Shown: positions 18,962 to 28,881, numbered from the stretch's first letter. The stretch: 64,000 nt of DNA from an uncultured archaeon (GCA_964584335.1 CAZOZN010000001.1:243882-307881), one strand, 5' to 3'. A program made the numbers and translations. Notes: generated by a model not told the origin, from the letters alone.

Positions 18962-19777
18962 TTATTTTTTCTTAGAATTTATTTCCCAAGCTGCGATAAG
19001 TACCATAAATATAAGAACTATAATATAATTTTTTGTTAAAAAATATGCAATTAGTAATATAATAAATAAAATTATGAAAACGATATGACTCTTTAATTTT
19101 AAATTATCTAAAATGGATTTAATTATATTATAATAACTTGTTTCTTCTTCATTTGTATCTTCTATATTTTTAATAATATTTTCAAAAGGATCTTTTTCTT
19201 TCTTTTCAATTTTATTTACAACAAAATATATGAAATCTTCAAAAGTGTTTTTTATGGATTTTTCCGGGTTATTTGCTTCATTAATTTTATCTAAATATTC
19301 ATCTATTTTTTCATATAGATCTTCATAAGAGTCTTTGCTTCTAATTAGATTTTTAAATTTTTCTAAGCAAAAAATTGCTTTATCATAATTTGAATTTTTA
19401 TGATTCTCTAGAGCAGAAGCTAGATAATGTTTTCTTAAATCGGATATACTTAAGTCAAATTCTGAATATTTGTCTCTGAGTTTTAATATAAACCAAATAA
19501 AAATAACTAAAATTATAACTAAAATAAAAAATATAATCAAAATTATTCCATTATCAAGGGAAAAGATTATTTTATCCAATTTTTGCTCCGGTTCAAAATT
19601 TGTATATGATTTATTATAAAAGCTAATTCCAAAAATCAAAGCAGTAATAAGAATAATACTAGAAATTAAAGTAAAAAAGTATTCTAATTTATTTATTTTA
19701 TTTATTTTTTTTATATCTTTATCACATTTCTTCCATTTCTTTATTTTAGTGTACATGCTTTTTTGTTTTTTTGGCAT
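18962..19777 (-). CDS. Hypothetical membrane protein
   Basis: About 4 TM helices flanking a soluble domain; very AT-rich. Confidence 0.65.
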   Translation of the reverse strand: MPKKQKSMYTKIKKWKKCDKDIKKINKINKLEYFFTLISSIILITALIFGISFYNKSYTNFEPEQKLDKIIFSLDNGIILIIFFILVIILVIFIWFILKLRDKYSEFDLSISDLRKHYLASALENHKNSNYDKAIFCLEKFKNLIRSKDSYEDLYEKIDEYLDKINEANNPEKSIKNTFEDFIYFVVNKIEKKEKDPFENIIKNIEDTNEEETSYYNIIKSILDNLKLKSHIVFIILFIILLIAYFLTKNYIIVLIFMVLIAAWEINSKKK

Positions 19778-19833
19778 AAAATCAATAAAAATAGGTTTTC
19801 AAAACATAAATTTATTAAAAATTATAACTAAAT

Positions 19834-20499
19834 ATGAATAATAAGAAAAATCGTTTATCTATGTGTGAAAGAATTGGTATTTTTTATATTTTAGGTTATC
19901 TATTTATTTTTCTTATAAATCATATATGGAACAGAATTCTAAAATTCGAACCAATTATAATTTATATAAAATTAGATAATTTGTTACAAATTGCAACTTT
20001 ACCTATTTTTATTTGGCTAATATATGTAAATAGAGAAAAAATTATATTTTATTTAAAAGAATTGTGGAAGTATTTCAAAGGAAGATATTTTTTTGCGGAT
20101 CTTTCGGTTGGATGGTTTTTTGCACTTATCTTTCTTGTTAATTTGTTTAGAAAGGCAGATAGTATTTTATTCTTTTTAACAATATCAACGATTTACATTA
20201 CTTTGGCTGGATTTACTTTTACTGCCGGTTCTTTCTATAAAGGAATTAAAAAAAGTGAAACTACGATGAAAAAGTTTTTCCGTCTTTCGGTTTTTTGTGC
20301 TGTAACCGGATTCTTGAATATAATTTTCTATCTGTCCTATGAATTAATAGTTATGTTAGAAAAATATGGTAATATAACAGGTATTATTTTAGCCATTTAT
20401 TTGGTAATATTGGGCTTCCTCTTTTGGGTTATTTTCACGAGATTGATATATTTATTAATAGAGACTGCAAATAAAAACGAAAAAAGAAGAATGGTATAA
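19834..20499 (+). CDS. Hypothetical multi-pass membrane protein
   Basis: About 6 hydrophobic segments. Confidence 0.65.
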   Translation: MNNKKNRLSMCERIGIFYILGYLFIFLINHIWNRILKFEPIIIYIKLDNLLQIATLPIFIWLIYVNREKIIFYLKELWKYFKGRYFFADLSVGWFFALIFLVNLFRKADSILFFLTISTIYITLAGFTFTAGSFYKGIKKSETTMKKFFRLSVFCAVTGFLNIIFYLSYELIVMLEKYGNITGIILAIYLVILGFLFWVIFTRLIYLLIETANKNEKRRMV

Positions 20500-20524
20500 A
20501 TATTTTTTCTACCTTAATATTGAC

Positions 20525-21646
20525 ATGATTAAGTATGGTGATTCCGGAGTTCATATTGAATTGGGTGACGATGCTTCCAAGGTTCTTTATAATGCAGCCA
20601 AAATAACTTGGAAAAATAGAACAGGTAAAATAGGAGATATTATAAAACCCTTTGATGATTTTAGTGGAGTTAGGGGTATAAATGTTTCAAATCTACCAGA
20701 CGGAACTTTAATGGGGCTTAATTTTGATGGTGTTGGAACAAAGATGGAAATAGCAGAGAGAATAGATGACCATAGAACTATAGCTTATGATCTCTTTGCG
20801 ATGGTTTCTGATGATGCTGTTAGAGATGGAGCCGAACCTGTGGTCTTAGGATCAATTCTCGATGTAAGATCTTTAGAAGAAGGTAAAGAAACTCACATAG
20901 ACAAAGTAAAACAATTGGCTGAGGGGTATGTAAACGCAGCAAAAGAAGCCAATGTGGCTGTAATAAACGGTGAAGTTGCAGAATTGGGTAACAGAGTGGG
21001 TGGCTATGGAAAGTTTAACTACAATTGGGGCGCTGGTTTAGTTTGGTTTGCCAAAGAGGATAGAATGTTTACAGGCAAGGAAATAGAAGTTGGTGATTTA
21101 TTGATTGGATTAGAGGAGAAAGGTATCAGATCAAACGGGGCTTCTCTTTCAAGAAAAATAGTTGAGGATAAATACGGAGAAAAATGGCATGAGGAAAGTT
21201 ATAATGGAGAGAATTTAGCGAAACTTCTTTTAGAACCATCAAAAATTTACACAAAAGCAGTCGTTGAAATGATCGGTGGTTATGACATGGAACCCAAAGC
21301 TGATGTAAATGGAGTAGTTCATGTAACAGGGGGAGGAATTCCTGGTAAAGTAGGAAGAGCTCTAAGACCAAAGAAACTTGGTGCATATATTGATTTTCCA
21401 TTTGATTCTCCTAAGATTATGAATTATTGTCAGCATTGGGGTGAAGTGAGTGATGAAGAGGCATATAAAACTTGGAACATGGGACAAGGAATGATTATCA
21501 TAACATCAGAGGAAAATGATGTTAAAAAAGTTGCTCGTGAGCATAATATAGATTCAAAAGTAATTGGCGTCGTATCAGATAAACTAGGTATACATATTAA
21601 GAGTAAGGGATTTTATTCTTATGATCAACTAATTAATTTTGTTTGA
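20525..21646 (+). CDS. purM: Phosphoribosylformylglycinamidine cyclo-ligase (AIR synthase)
   Basis: YGDSGVHI, DGVGTK, NGEVAE, GIRSNG, HVTGGG, TWNMGQG. Confidence 0.9.
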   Translation: MIKYGDSGVHIELGDDASKVLYNAAKITWKNRTGKIGDIIKPFDDFSGVRGINVSNLPDGTLMGLNFDGVGTKMEIAERIDDHRTIAYDLFAMVSDDAVRDGAEPVVLGSILDVRSLEEGKETHIDKVKQLAEGYVNAAKEANVAVINGEVAELGNRVGGYGKFNYNWGAGLVWFAKEDRMFTGKEIEVGDLLIGLEEKGIRSNGASLSRKIVEDKYGEKWHEESYNGENLAKLLLEPSKIYTKAVVEMIGGYDMEPKADVNGVVHVTGGGIPGKVGRALRPKKLGAYIDFPFDSPKIMNYCQHWGEVSDEEAYKTWNMGQGMIIITSEENDVKKVAREHNIDSKVIGVVSDKLGIHIKSKGFYSYDQLINFV

Positions 21647-21694
21647 TAATCCTTAAAAATAAAACTTAAATTTTTCAAATATTAAAACTATTAT

Positions 21695-22222
21695 ATGGTT
21701 ACTGTTGCTGTAACAGATATACTTGTAAAAGAAGCACCAAAGGCTGAAGTTTATCTGATTAAAATTGATGATTATTTCTATGGTAGACAAAATAAAAAGA
21801 AAGGAGAAACAAACAAAGATGGTTTTGTAAAATTTAAATCAGTTTCTGATGGTGCTTATTTGGTTAGAGTTACAAATAAAAAAAGTATTGTTGAAAAAAT
21901 TTATGAAATTGAAGATAATAACTGGATAAGAATAAGACTTCCACTATTTTTTAATCTACTCAAAAGAAGTAAGTCTGCTAATAGAGAAATAATAAGAAAT
22001 ATTTATGAAAAATATAGAACTGATAGAAAAAAATGTTTTAAATGTAAAAAATCTTTTAAGGGAATGTCTGATGTTTTTATGTGTAAATATTGTGAAAAAT
22101 TTTTTTGTGCTGAACACCGTGTTCCCGAGACTCATAAATGTTGGGGAGACCCAAAACAACCAGATGGACAAGGATTTAGGGAAATTCATACTAAACATTG
22201 TATAAAAGTAAGAGGATGGTAA
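21695..22222 (+). CDS. Beta-sandwich (carboxypeptidase regulatory-like) plus AN1 zinc finger protein
   Basis: GETNKDGFVKF...GAYLVRV; FMCKYCEKFFCAEHRVPETHKC. Confidence 0.75.
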   Translation: MVTVAVTDILVKEAPKAEVYLIKIDDYFYGRQNKKKGETNKDGFVKFKSVSDGAYLVRVTNKKSIVEKIYEIEDNNWIRIRLPLFFNLLKRSKSANREIIRNIYEKYRTDRKKCFKCKKSFKGMSDVFMCKYCEKFFCAEHRVPETHKCWGDPKQPDGQGFREIHTKHCIKVRGW

Positions 22223-22284
22223 TTTTTCTCAGATTTAAAACTTAAATATTTCAATCTTCTAACTTTTTAGTAGTGGGGGTTAAA

Positions 22285-22836
22285 ATGAAAAAAATAGCAA
22301 TCGTTTTGCTCTTAGCTTGTATTATTTTTGTTTCTGGATGTGTTGATGAAGGAACAACCGATGAGACTAAAACTGAAGAAACACAAGAAACAAAAACTGA
22401 AGATTATACATTCACTCAAGTGATTACATATGAAAATGAAAATTCAACTATAAGGATTATAAAAAATAAGCTGTTTAAAACTGCTACAATTGAAATGAAT
22501 GTATTCTATGAAGAATCTTTTATAAAAACTCCATTTGGAGATTTGACAAATTTTACTACCACCATTAGTTGTGGTTTAATGAGTATAGCATTTTTCAATC
22601 AAACTGCTCTTGAAGAATTTAATAATGTTGTGGAAAAATGGAACTCTATGGATGCTACTATAACAGACGATAGTCCTCCTGAAGAGAAGGAAGAAAAGCC
22701 TCAAGAAAACCCACTTGAAGGATATGAAGTAACAGAAGTACATTTGTATCTAAGAGACAAATCAACTAAAAATAAATTTTCAGAATGCAAAATAACAGGA
22801 ACGTCTAAATCTGATATTGATATAAAAATATACTGA
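22285..22836 (+). CDS. Hypothetical lipoprotein
   Basis: MKKIAIVLLLACIIFVSGC lipobox. Confidence 0.75.
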   Translation: MKKIAIVLLLACIIFVSGCVDEGTTDETKTEETQETKTEDYTFTQVITYENENSTIRIIKNKLFKTATIEMNVFYEESFIKTPFGDLTNFTTTISCGLMSIAFFNQTALEEFNNVVEKWNSMDATITDDSPPEEKEEKPQENPLEGYEVTEVHLYLRDKSTKNKFSECKITGTSKSDIDIKIY

Positions 22837-22867
22837 AATTTAGAAATACAAATTAAAGGAGAAGAAA

Positions 22868-22975
22868 ATGAAAAAACTACTAAAAGACTTTGATTTCTGG
22901 AAAGGATTTTTCTTAGGTTCTTTGCTGGTTGCTGTTGTTTTAACCATTGTTGGAATTGTTTTTGGATTTATCTAA
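22868..22975 (+). CDS. Small single-TM peptide (35 aa)
   Basis: AAGGAG RBS; MKKLLKDFDFWKGFFLGSLLVAVVLTIVGIVFGFI. Confidence 0.55.
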   Translation: MKKLLKDFDFWKGFFLGSLLVAVVLTIVGIVFGFI

Positions 22976-22990
22976 GATAGTTTTTAGATT

Positions 22991-23302
22991 TCATATCTTA
23001 ACTGTGCCTATCATATTTTTTACCATTACTTCTTTTCCTATTTTGTCAGGCAACAAACATATTATCCCCCCTGCTGGAGTAATAAGTAACTTTGCCACGT
23101 AAAAATTATCTCCAGAATCTATAGTAGAGATTTTTAATTCCGGTCTAAAGTAAAATCTTATATCCTCAGGAATCTTGTTGTAATTTTTAATTAACTTTTT
23201 AATTAATTTTTTGTGCATTAGGAATTTTTCTTTCAACTTGTTCATGTTATCCAAACTGATATTTACGTCACATGAACTGCTAAAAAATAAATCTACTTTC
23301 AC
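22991..23302 (-). CDS. Hypothetical protein
   Basis: Third gene of minus-strand operon, GGTGA RBS. Confidence 0.6.
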   Translation of the reverse strand: MKVDLFFSSSCDVNISLDNMNKLKEKFLMHKKLIKKLIKNYNKIPEDIRFYFRPELKISTIDSGDNFYVAKLLITPAGGIICLLPDKIGKEVMVKNMIGTVKI

Positions 23303-23311
23303 AAAATCACC

Positions 23312-23542
23312 TCAAAATTCATCCTCGTCGTCATCATCATCACCATCAAAATCGAAAAAAGGTAAGGAAAAAAAGTCTCTCTGGATGGACATTCTTATTG
23401 AGTTTACCATATTAAAGTCAACAATTTTACCGTTCTTCCATTTAATCTTAAGTTTTCCAGTAAAACCTCCTTTGTAAAGTTGCTCGAGGGCTTTTTCATT
23501 CAGAAGATTTAATATTTTTTTCTCTTGTTGTGTCTGCTTCAC
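23312..23542 (-). CDS. Small hypothetical protein with acidic tail
   Basis: GFTGKLKIKWKNGKI; DDDDDEDEF; overlaps upstream stop. Confidence 0.6.
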   Translation of the reverse strand: MKQTQQEKKILNLLNEKALEQLYKGGFTGKLKIKWKNGKIVDFNMVNSIRMSIQRDFFSLPFFDFDGDDDDDEDEF

Positions 23543-23958
23543 TCTATCACCAAATTAAAATTTATTAGCTCGTCTGCCTTATCTCTTATATCGGTCAAAC
23601 CTAAGAATGATTCAACAAAATTTCTCCCTTTTTTACTTAACTTGAAAAAATTTGTTTTTTCCTTTCTTGGTCCACCTTCAGCAATCCTGGTCACTTTTTC
23701 TATTAAACCAAGTTTTAAAAGATGATTGAGTACTTTTGTAACACTTGGTTGAGGTATGTTTGATACAATAGCGATATCAGAAACCCTGAGATTCTCTTTC
23801 AATTCAGATAAGACAAAAATAACTCTTAGTGAACCGCTTATCCTGAATACTTTTTCAACACCTTCTAAAGCTTTGAGTCTCTTCGGGGTTATTGTTTCTT
23901 TTACCCATTTCTCATATCTCTTTTCAAAAAATTCTTTGAGTCCCATCCAATTACCCAT
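23539..23958 (-). CDS. Winged-helix (ArsR/MarR-like) regulator
   Basis: VSDIAIVSNIPQPSVTKVLNHLLKLGLI...FKLSKKGR. Confidence 0.8.
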   Translation of the reverse strand: MGNWMGLKEFFEKRYEKWVKETITPKRLKALEGVEKVFRISGSLRVIFVLSELKENLRVSDIAIVSNIPQPSVTKVLNHLLKLGLIEKVTRIAEGGPRKEKTNFFKLSKKGRNFVESFLGLTDIRDKADELINFNLVIE

Positions 23959-24088
23959 TACGTATTATAATTGTAATTTGTAATATGAGAATATAAAGAT
24001 ATGTGTGCTTGAAAATATAATAAAAAATAATAGAATTTTCTGAGAGTCGTTTTTTAAGATTTTTAAATATACTTCACTAATTTTTATT

Positions 24089-24382
24089 ATGGATAAAAGG
24101 GCGATATTTTATTGGGTTTTTACTATAATTTTAATTGTAATCTTTCTAACAATAACAGTATGTAAAACTGGAGAATTGTCATGTCCCATTTTTGATTTTT
24201 CTTTAGGAGATGAAATAATTACAGAAAATAAATGTTCTCAAATTGCTACAGGTTCTGCAATGATGGGGATAGACAAAAATGAAGCCTATGAAATAGCATG
24301 TATGGAAAAATGTGGTAATTTAGATATGAATTATATTTCTGATAAATGTGATAAGGACATTTTAATTTGTTATTGCCGTTAA
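24089..24382 (+). CDS. Membrane-anchored Cys-rich defensin-like protein, paralog of 690..956
   Basis: N-terminal TM; KCS...EIACMEKCG...KCDKDILICYCR. Confidence 0.7.
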   Translation: MDKRAIFYWVFTIILIVIFLTITVCKTGELSCPIFDFSLGDEIITENKCSQIATGSAMMGIDKNEAYEIACMEKCGNLDMNYISDKCDKDILICYCR

Positions 24383-24425
24383 TTTCATATTTTTAAAGAT
24401 AAGCAATCTATTTTTTATGGTATAG

Positions 24426-25499
24426 ATGAAAAATAAAAAAATTGTTATAATAATCTTAATTTCAATAGTAGTTTTTTTACTTTTTTATTTGGTCTATTCT
24501 CTTAATAGCGAAAATGTAAGATTAGAAAAAGAATATGATGAATACAAAAAACAGTCCAATAAAAATATAGAAAAATTAGAAAGTGATTTGAATTCTTTAG
24601 AAAAAGAAAAAAATGAAATTGAAGAATCTTACCAAAATTTGAATTTGGAAGTTGATGAAGTTATAAAAAAGATAGAAGATTATGAAAATGAACTAAATGA
24701 ATCTATAAAGTGGTTTAAAGATAATTCCATACTAAAGAATGAAAGCATACAGAAAAAAACTACTTTTTTTCTAGATAATGTATGTTTTAAGAAAATTGAT
24801 GGAAAATGCCACATAAAAACAGGTTGTTTTTTCTTGACCAACTTAAAACAACTTGGTTACACATATAAAAATGATACAGATACTAGCGAAAGTTATGACA
24901 AATTACAGAGTCTGAACGAGTTCATAAACAATAGTGGCGGTGATTGTGAAGACTACGCTCTTTTTTTCAAGGCAGAGTATAATTATATTTTAGAAAAATG
25001 TAAGGGTATCGAACCTTCTAATATAACTATAGAAAGCTGGGTTGAAGATGAAGATTCATATGATAGATATTGGCTTAATTTTGTTACTGATTGGTATATA
25101 AGAGGTGCTGAGGCTTTCTATCTTAAAGATGGTTATATAAATCCTGTTGTTATATGTGGGGATATTTATGATTTTAACTCAGATAAAGTTTGGGGACATT
25201 GTATTTTAGCATTCACAAAAAATAAAATAAAAAGTAAGGAAGATTTAAATGAACTTAATAAAGCTCCTGTAATAGAACCACAGAATGGAATTTATATGGG
25301 TCTGATAAATGATTATTCTTCTAACATTTTTTTGATTAACAGAAATAATTATAATGTTAATTTTAATTCTCGTATATATATTGTGATAACAGATGAGGAT
25401 TATTTTCTTTTCTCTTTCGATAAAGGAGAATGGATGAGTTATTCTATTTTTCTAAATGATTTAAATGACAAAAAAATGGATTTGCTTAATATAAGATAA
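24426..25499 (+). CDS. TM plus coiled-coil plus transglutaminase-like cysteine protease
   Basis: GGDCEDYALF, WGHCIL, VIEPQ (Cys-His-Glu/Asp triad pattern). Confidence 0.75.
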   Translation: MKNKKIVIIILISIVVFLLFYLVYSLNSENVRLEKEYDEYKKQSNKNIEKLESDLNSLEKEKNEIEESYQNLNLEVDEVIKKIEDYENELNESIKWFKDNSILKNESIQKKTTFFLDNVCFKKIDGKCHIKTGCFFLTNLKQLGYTYKNDTDTSESYDKLQSLNEFINNSGGDCEDYALFFKAEYNYILEKCKGIEPSNITIESWVEDEDSYDRYWLNFVTDWYIRGAEAFYLKDGYINPVVICGDIYDFNSDKVWGHCILAFTKNKIKSKEDLNELNKAPVIEPQNGIYMGLINDYSSNIFLINRNNYNVNFNSRIYIVITDEDYFLFSFDKGEWMSYSIFLNDLNDKKMDLLNIR

Positions 25500-25536
25500 A
25501 ATTCAGTTTTTTAAAGATAAGGAACTTAATATTATC

Positions 25537-25761
25537 ATGTCATTTCTTGAAACTCTTAAGATTATACTTTTTATGGTTTTTATTTTAGTTATAATTGTCA
25601 TTTTACCTTTCTATCTTGGTCATAAGGCCATGAAAGACCACAACGAAAAAAAGAAAAAACTATCAAAAGAAGACTTGAAAAAGGAAAACAAAACAATAAC
25701 AATTATTCTTGCAATTTTTCTTGTCTTGGTCTTAATATTTGGTGTTTTTCTCTTAATGTAG
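25537..25761 (+). CDS. Small 2-TM protein
   Basis: Two hydrophobic helices with a basic loop. Confidence 0.6.
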   Translation: MSFLETLKIILFMVFILVIIVILPFYLGHKAMKDHNEKKKKLSKEDLKKENKTITIILAIFLVLVLIFGVFLLM

Positions 25762-25789
25762 TTTTTACTTTGCAATCTACCTGTTAACT
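25762..25789 (+). repeat. 28-bp direct repeat copy 1 TTTTTACTTTGCAATCTACCTGTTAACT
   Basis: Identical copy at 28882-28909. Confidence 0.9.
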
Positions 25790-25858
25790 AAGAGATTTTC
25801 TGAAAACAGTTGATTTAAGATTTTTAAAGATTAGAGTTTAAAAATTTAACGTGGGGGT

Positions 25859-26212
25859 ATGGAAAATATAATAAAAAAAAATATTTTTTCTATAAAAATT
25901 TTTGGTCGTAAAATTAATTTTTGTATTTGCCACCAAAAACCTGAAAGGACATTTAGAATAAAAAATTTCTATTTTCCAGTTTGTTCAAGATGTACAGGAC
26001 TAATTTTTGGGGTTTTGCCTTTTTTAATGTGTTTTTTCTTTTCAATAAAAATAAATTTATTTTATATTATTTTTTTGACTATCCCTCTTATTGTAGACGG
26101 CACAACTCAAACTTTTGGATTAAGAAAGAGTAATAATGTTTTAAGATTTTTTACAGGAGTTTTATTTTCATTCTCTCTTCTGTATATTTTAAAGGTGATG
26201 TTATGGCCTTAG
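25859..26212 (+). CDS. DUF2085-like membrane protein
   Basis: CHQKPERTF, PVCSRCTG, PLIVDGTTQ, SNNVLRFFTG. Confidence 0.85.
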   Translation: MENIIKKNIFSIKIFGRKINFCICHQKPERTFRIKNFYFPVCSRCTGLIFGVLPFLMCFFFSIKINLFYIIFLTIPLIVDGTTQTFGLRKSNNVLRFFTGVLFSFSLLYILKVMLWP

Positions 26213-28743
26213 ATCGGAGCAGCTCCGGTGGAGATTGTTGTGGGCTTTTTTTTGCAATAATTTCAATTCCAATATATATAGCATTTGCCTATTATTTTCT
26301 ACCTTTTACTGCAATTTCAACAGCTTTTTGGGGATTTTTAGTTATTTTTTATTATTATCATTCCAATAAAAAAGATTATAAAATATTTGGTATTTTTTTA
26401 TTGTGCATATCAATCTTAGAATTATTTCTGGTTGAATTGGAAATAGGTGTATTATCTGCTGTATTATTTTCAGGTTATTTTTTGATGAGGTGGGCTTATT
26501 TTGAAAGAAAAAAAAGAGTTAATCTAATGGAAAAAACCATAGAAAAAATGGATAAAGTTGGTGATTATGTTTTGGTTGACAAAGAAGATGTATCTCAGAT
26601 AAATAAAGATAGTATGAAGTCAGAAATTGTCTATAAAAGTGCTGTTGATGAATTTTTATCTAAAAGAGGATATTACAAAAAAACCCAAGCTAAGAAAATT
26701 GAAAATATTTTAAGTAATGCAAAGAGAATAAAAAGTAAAGAAAATCGGTCAAAGAAAGAATTAAATAAAATTCAAAAAGACTCTAACTGGAAAGATTGTA
26801 AAAAATTAAAAGAAATTTATAAAAATTTAGAAAAAGAATACAAAAAAGGAAATTTTAAAAAATTTGATGAATTGCTTAAAGAATTCAATGTTTTTAGAAA
26901 TTCTTATATTTATTCAAAGAAAGAATTAAATAAAATTCAAAAAGATAAAACAATTTTAAATGATGAAAAGCTCAGGAAAAAATTGTATACCATAGAAAAA
27001 GAATACAAAAAAGGAAATTTTAAAAAATCAGAAGAGCTTTTGAAAGATTTCATACCTTTTAAAGAAAATTACACTGAAGCTAAAAAAACAATTTCAGAAA
27101 TTAAAAAAATCTATAAAGAAAAGAAAAATAAAAAAATAAAGGAAATTCTGGACAAAGCTAAAGATTGTTTAAAGAAAGATGATTTTGGAAAAATAGAAAA
27201 ACTCTATGAAGAAGCATTCCATTTGAGACAAAAAGACATGGGTTTAGAAGGGTACAAAGTAAAATGGTTAAAACCAAAGAAAATAAGAGAGATTGAATCA
27301 ATAAATGATAGTATTGAATATAAATCAAATGAAAAAAAAGGAAGAAGAGAAGATTTAGATTGTTTTTTGACTTATCTAGACAAAAATTATAGCTTTAAGG
27401 TACCTAAGGATCCAAATTCTAATGTCTATTTAGATGATACTAATTTTAAACTTTTTTTTAATTTTATTTCTAATACAAAAAAGTATTTGGATATAATTAC
27501 AAATGTATTTGAAGAGAAAATCTTTTTGGAACTAATAAATAAACTTAGAAAAAAAGGTATTAATATCCGGATAATAACTAGAAATCAAAAACAAAATGGA
27601 TTCTTAGAAAATGATTTAATTAAAGACTATTTTGGTAATACAACTACTGAAATCCAAAAATTTAACCAGATACATGCAAAGATGATGATTAGAGATGGGG
27701 AAAAAATTATTTTAGGATCTTCCAACTTAACGAATGCATCTGCAAATAAATCTGGTTTCTATTTGGATGCAAATATAATAACAGAAAATCCTCATGACGT
27801 ATCATTAGCAAAAAAAATTTTTGACTCGATCTGGTTTTCTGAAAACAGAATAAATAATAATCAGAAAGAAAACAATTTACTATACTCAAAAAATGATAAA
27901 AACCATTTACCTAAATGTTTAGAGCCTATATTCAAGAATGAAAAGGAAGAAATAATAATTTTAATGAGCTCAGGTCTCATAGATAAGGAAATTATCGATT
28001 TGATGAGGGAATGGAACAGAAGTGTAAGAATAAAAATAATTACAAGCTGTAAATGGCCAACAAATGTGATTGATGAAAATAAATTAAAAACATTAAATTT
28101 CTTAAAAGATATATCTGAATCTAAAAATGATAAAATTAAAGTAATACCAAAAAAATCAACAATTCACGCAAAATTATATTTATTTAAAAGTCAAAATATT
28201 ATTTTTTTATCTTCTCAAAATCTTACAATAAATTCTTGGAAATCTATGTTGGAAGCAGGTTACATTATAAAAGATAAAGAGTTAATAAATCGTATAATTA
28301 AAAAATTAGATAGAATTCCTGATGGTTTATTCGATAGTAATAAAAATTTAATACGAGTTTCCAAACCAAAATCTACTTGGATAGGTTCTTTATCTGAAAA
28401 AAGAAAGAAAATACCATGGCAACTTGCTGAAGATGATAAATATTTCATAATCAATAAGAAACAGTATAAAAATATTTATTATAAAATTGATAAAAAAAAC
28501 AAGAAAATAAAAAAAACAAGATCTTTTTATAGATCTTCAGAAAAAGAGGATATAAATAAAAATAAAGAATTTATCAATGATATACTTAAAAATGAATCTC
28601 GTGATCCGTTTATAAGAAATTCAATATTAAATACAAAAAAGGGTAGTAATTTCTATAAAAAAGAATTAGAACGTGCAATATCTGAGGGTAAACCCAAAGA
28701 GGAAATAGAATGGTTAAAGAACATGATAGAAGATGAAGTGTAA
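26203..28743 (+). CDS. Membrane-anchored coiled-coil protein with two phospholipase D/nuclease domains
   Basis: N-terminal TM helices; IHAKMMIRD...GSSNLT and IHAKLYLFK...SSQNLT. Confidence 0.85.
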   Translation: MALDRSSSGGDCCGLFFAIISIPIYIAFAYYFLPFTAISTAFWGFLVIFYYYHSNKKDYKIFGIFLLCISILELFLVELEIGVLSAVLFSGYFLMRWAYFERKKRVNLMEKTIEKMDKVGDYVLVDKEDVSQINKDSMKSEIVYKSAVDEFLSKRGYYKKTQAKKIENILSNAKRIKSKENRSKKELNKIQKDSNWKDCKKLKEIYKNLEKEYKKGNFKKFDELLKEFNVFRNSYIYSKKELNKIQKDKTILNDEKLRKKLYTIEKEYKKGNFKKSEELLKDFIPFKENYTEAKKTISEIKKIYKEKKNKKIKEILDKAKDCLKKDDFGKIEKLYEEAFHLRQKDMGLEGYKVKWLKPKKIREIESINDSIEYKSNEKKGRREDLDCFLTYLDKNYSFKVPKDPNSNVYLDDTNFKLFFNFISNTKKYLDIITNVFEEKIFLELINKLRKKGINIRIITRNQKQNGFLENDLIKDYFGNTTTEIQKFNQIHAKMMIRDGEKIILGSSNLTNASANKSGFYLDANIITENPHDVSLAKKIFDSIWFSENRINNNQKENNLLYSKNDKNHLPKCLEPIFKNEKEEIIILMSSGLIDKEIIDLMREWNRSVRIKIITSCKWPTNVIDENKLKTLNFLKDISESKNDKIKVIPKKSTIHAKLYLFKSQNIIFLSSQNLTINSWKSMLEAGYIIKDKELINRIIKKLDRIPDGLFDSNKNLIRVSKPKSTWIGSLSEKRKKIPWQLAEDDKYFIINKKQYKNIYYKIDKKNKKIKKTRSFYRSSEKEDINKNKEFINDILKNESRDPFIRNSILNTKKGSNFYKKELERAISEGKPKEEIEWLKNMIEDEV

Positions 28744-28881
28744 AATCTCTTAAACTTAAAAAATATAAATTAAAGTAAAAAAATTAGTAATATAATAATT
28801 TATAATTCTAATATTAATTATAAATTTACCAATTTAATTTTAATAGATGCTTAAGATTTTAATTTATATAATAATTCTATT

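Noticed and set aside
21661-22256. Repeated AAAACTTAAAT-TTTCAA upstream of island genes
   Set aside because: Explained as ordinary BRE/TATA promoters; similar motifs precede genes outside the island
28744-28880. Extremely AT-rich spacer with ATTTATAATT/AATTATAAAT inverted repeat
   Set aside because: Low complexity makes such palindromes likely by chance
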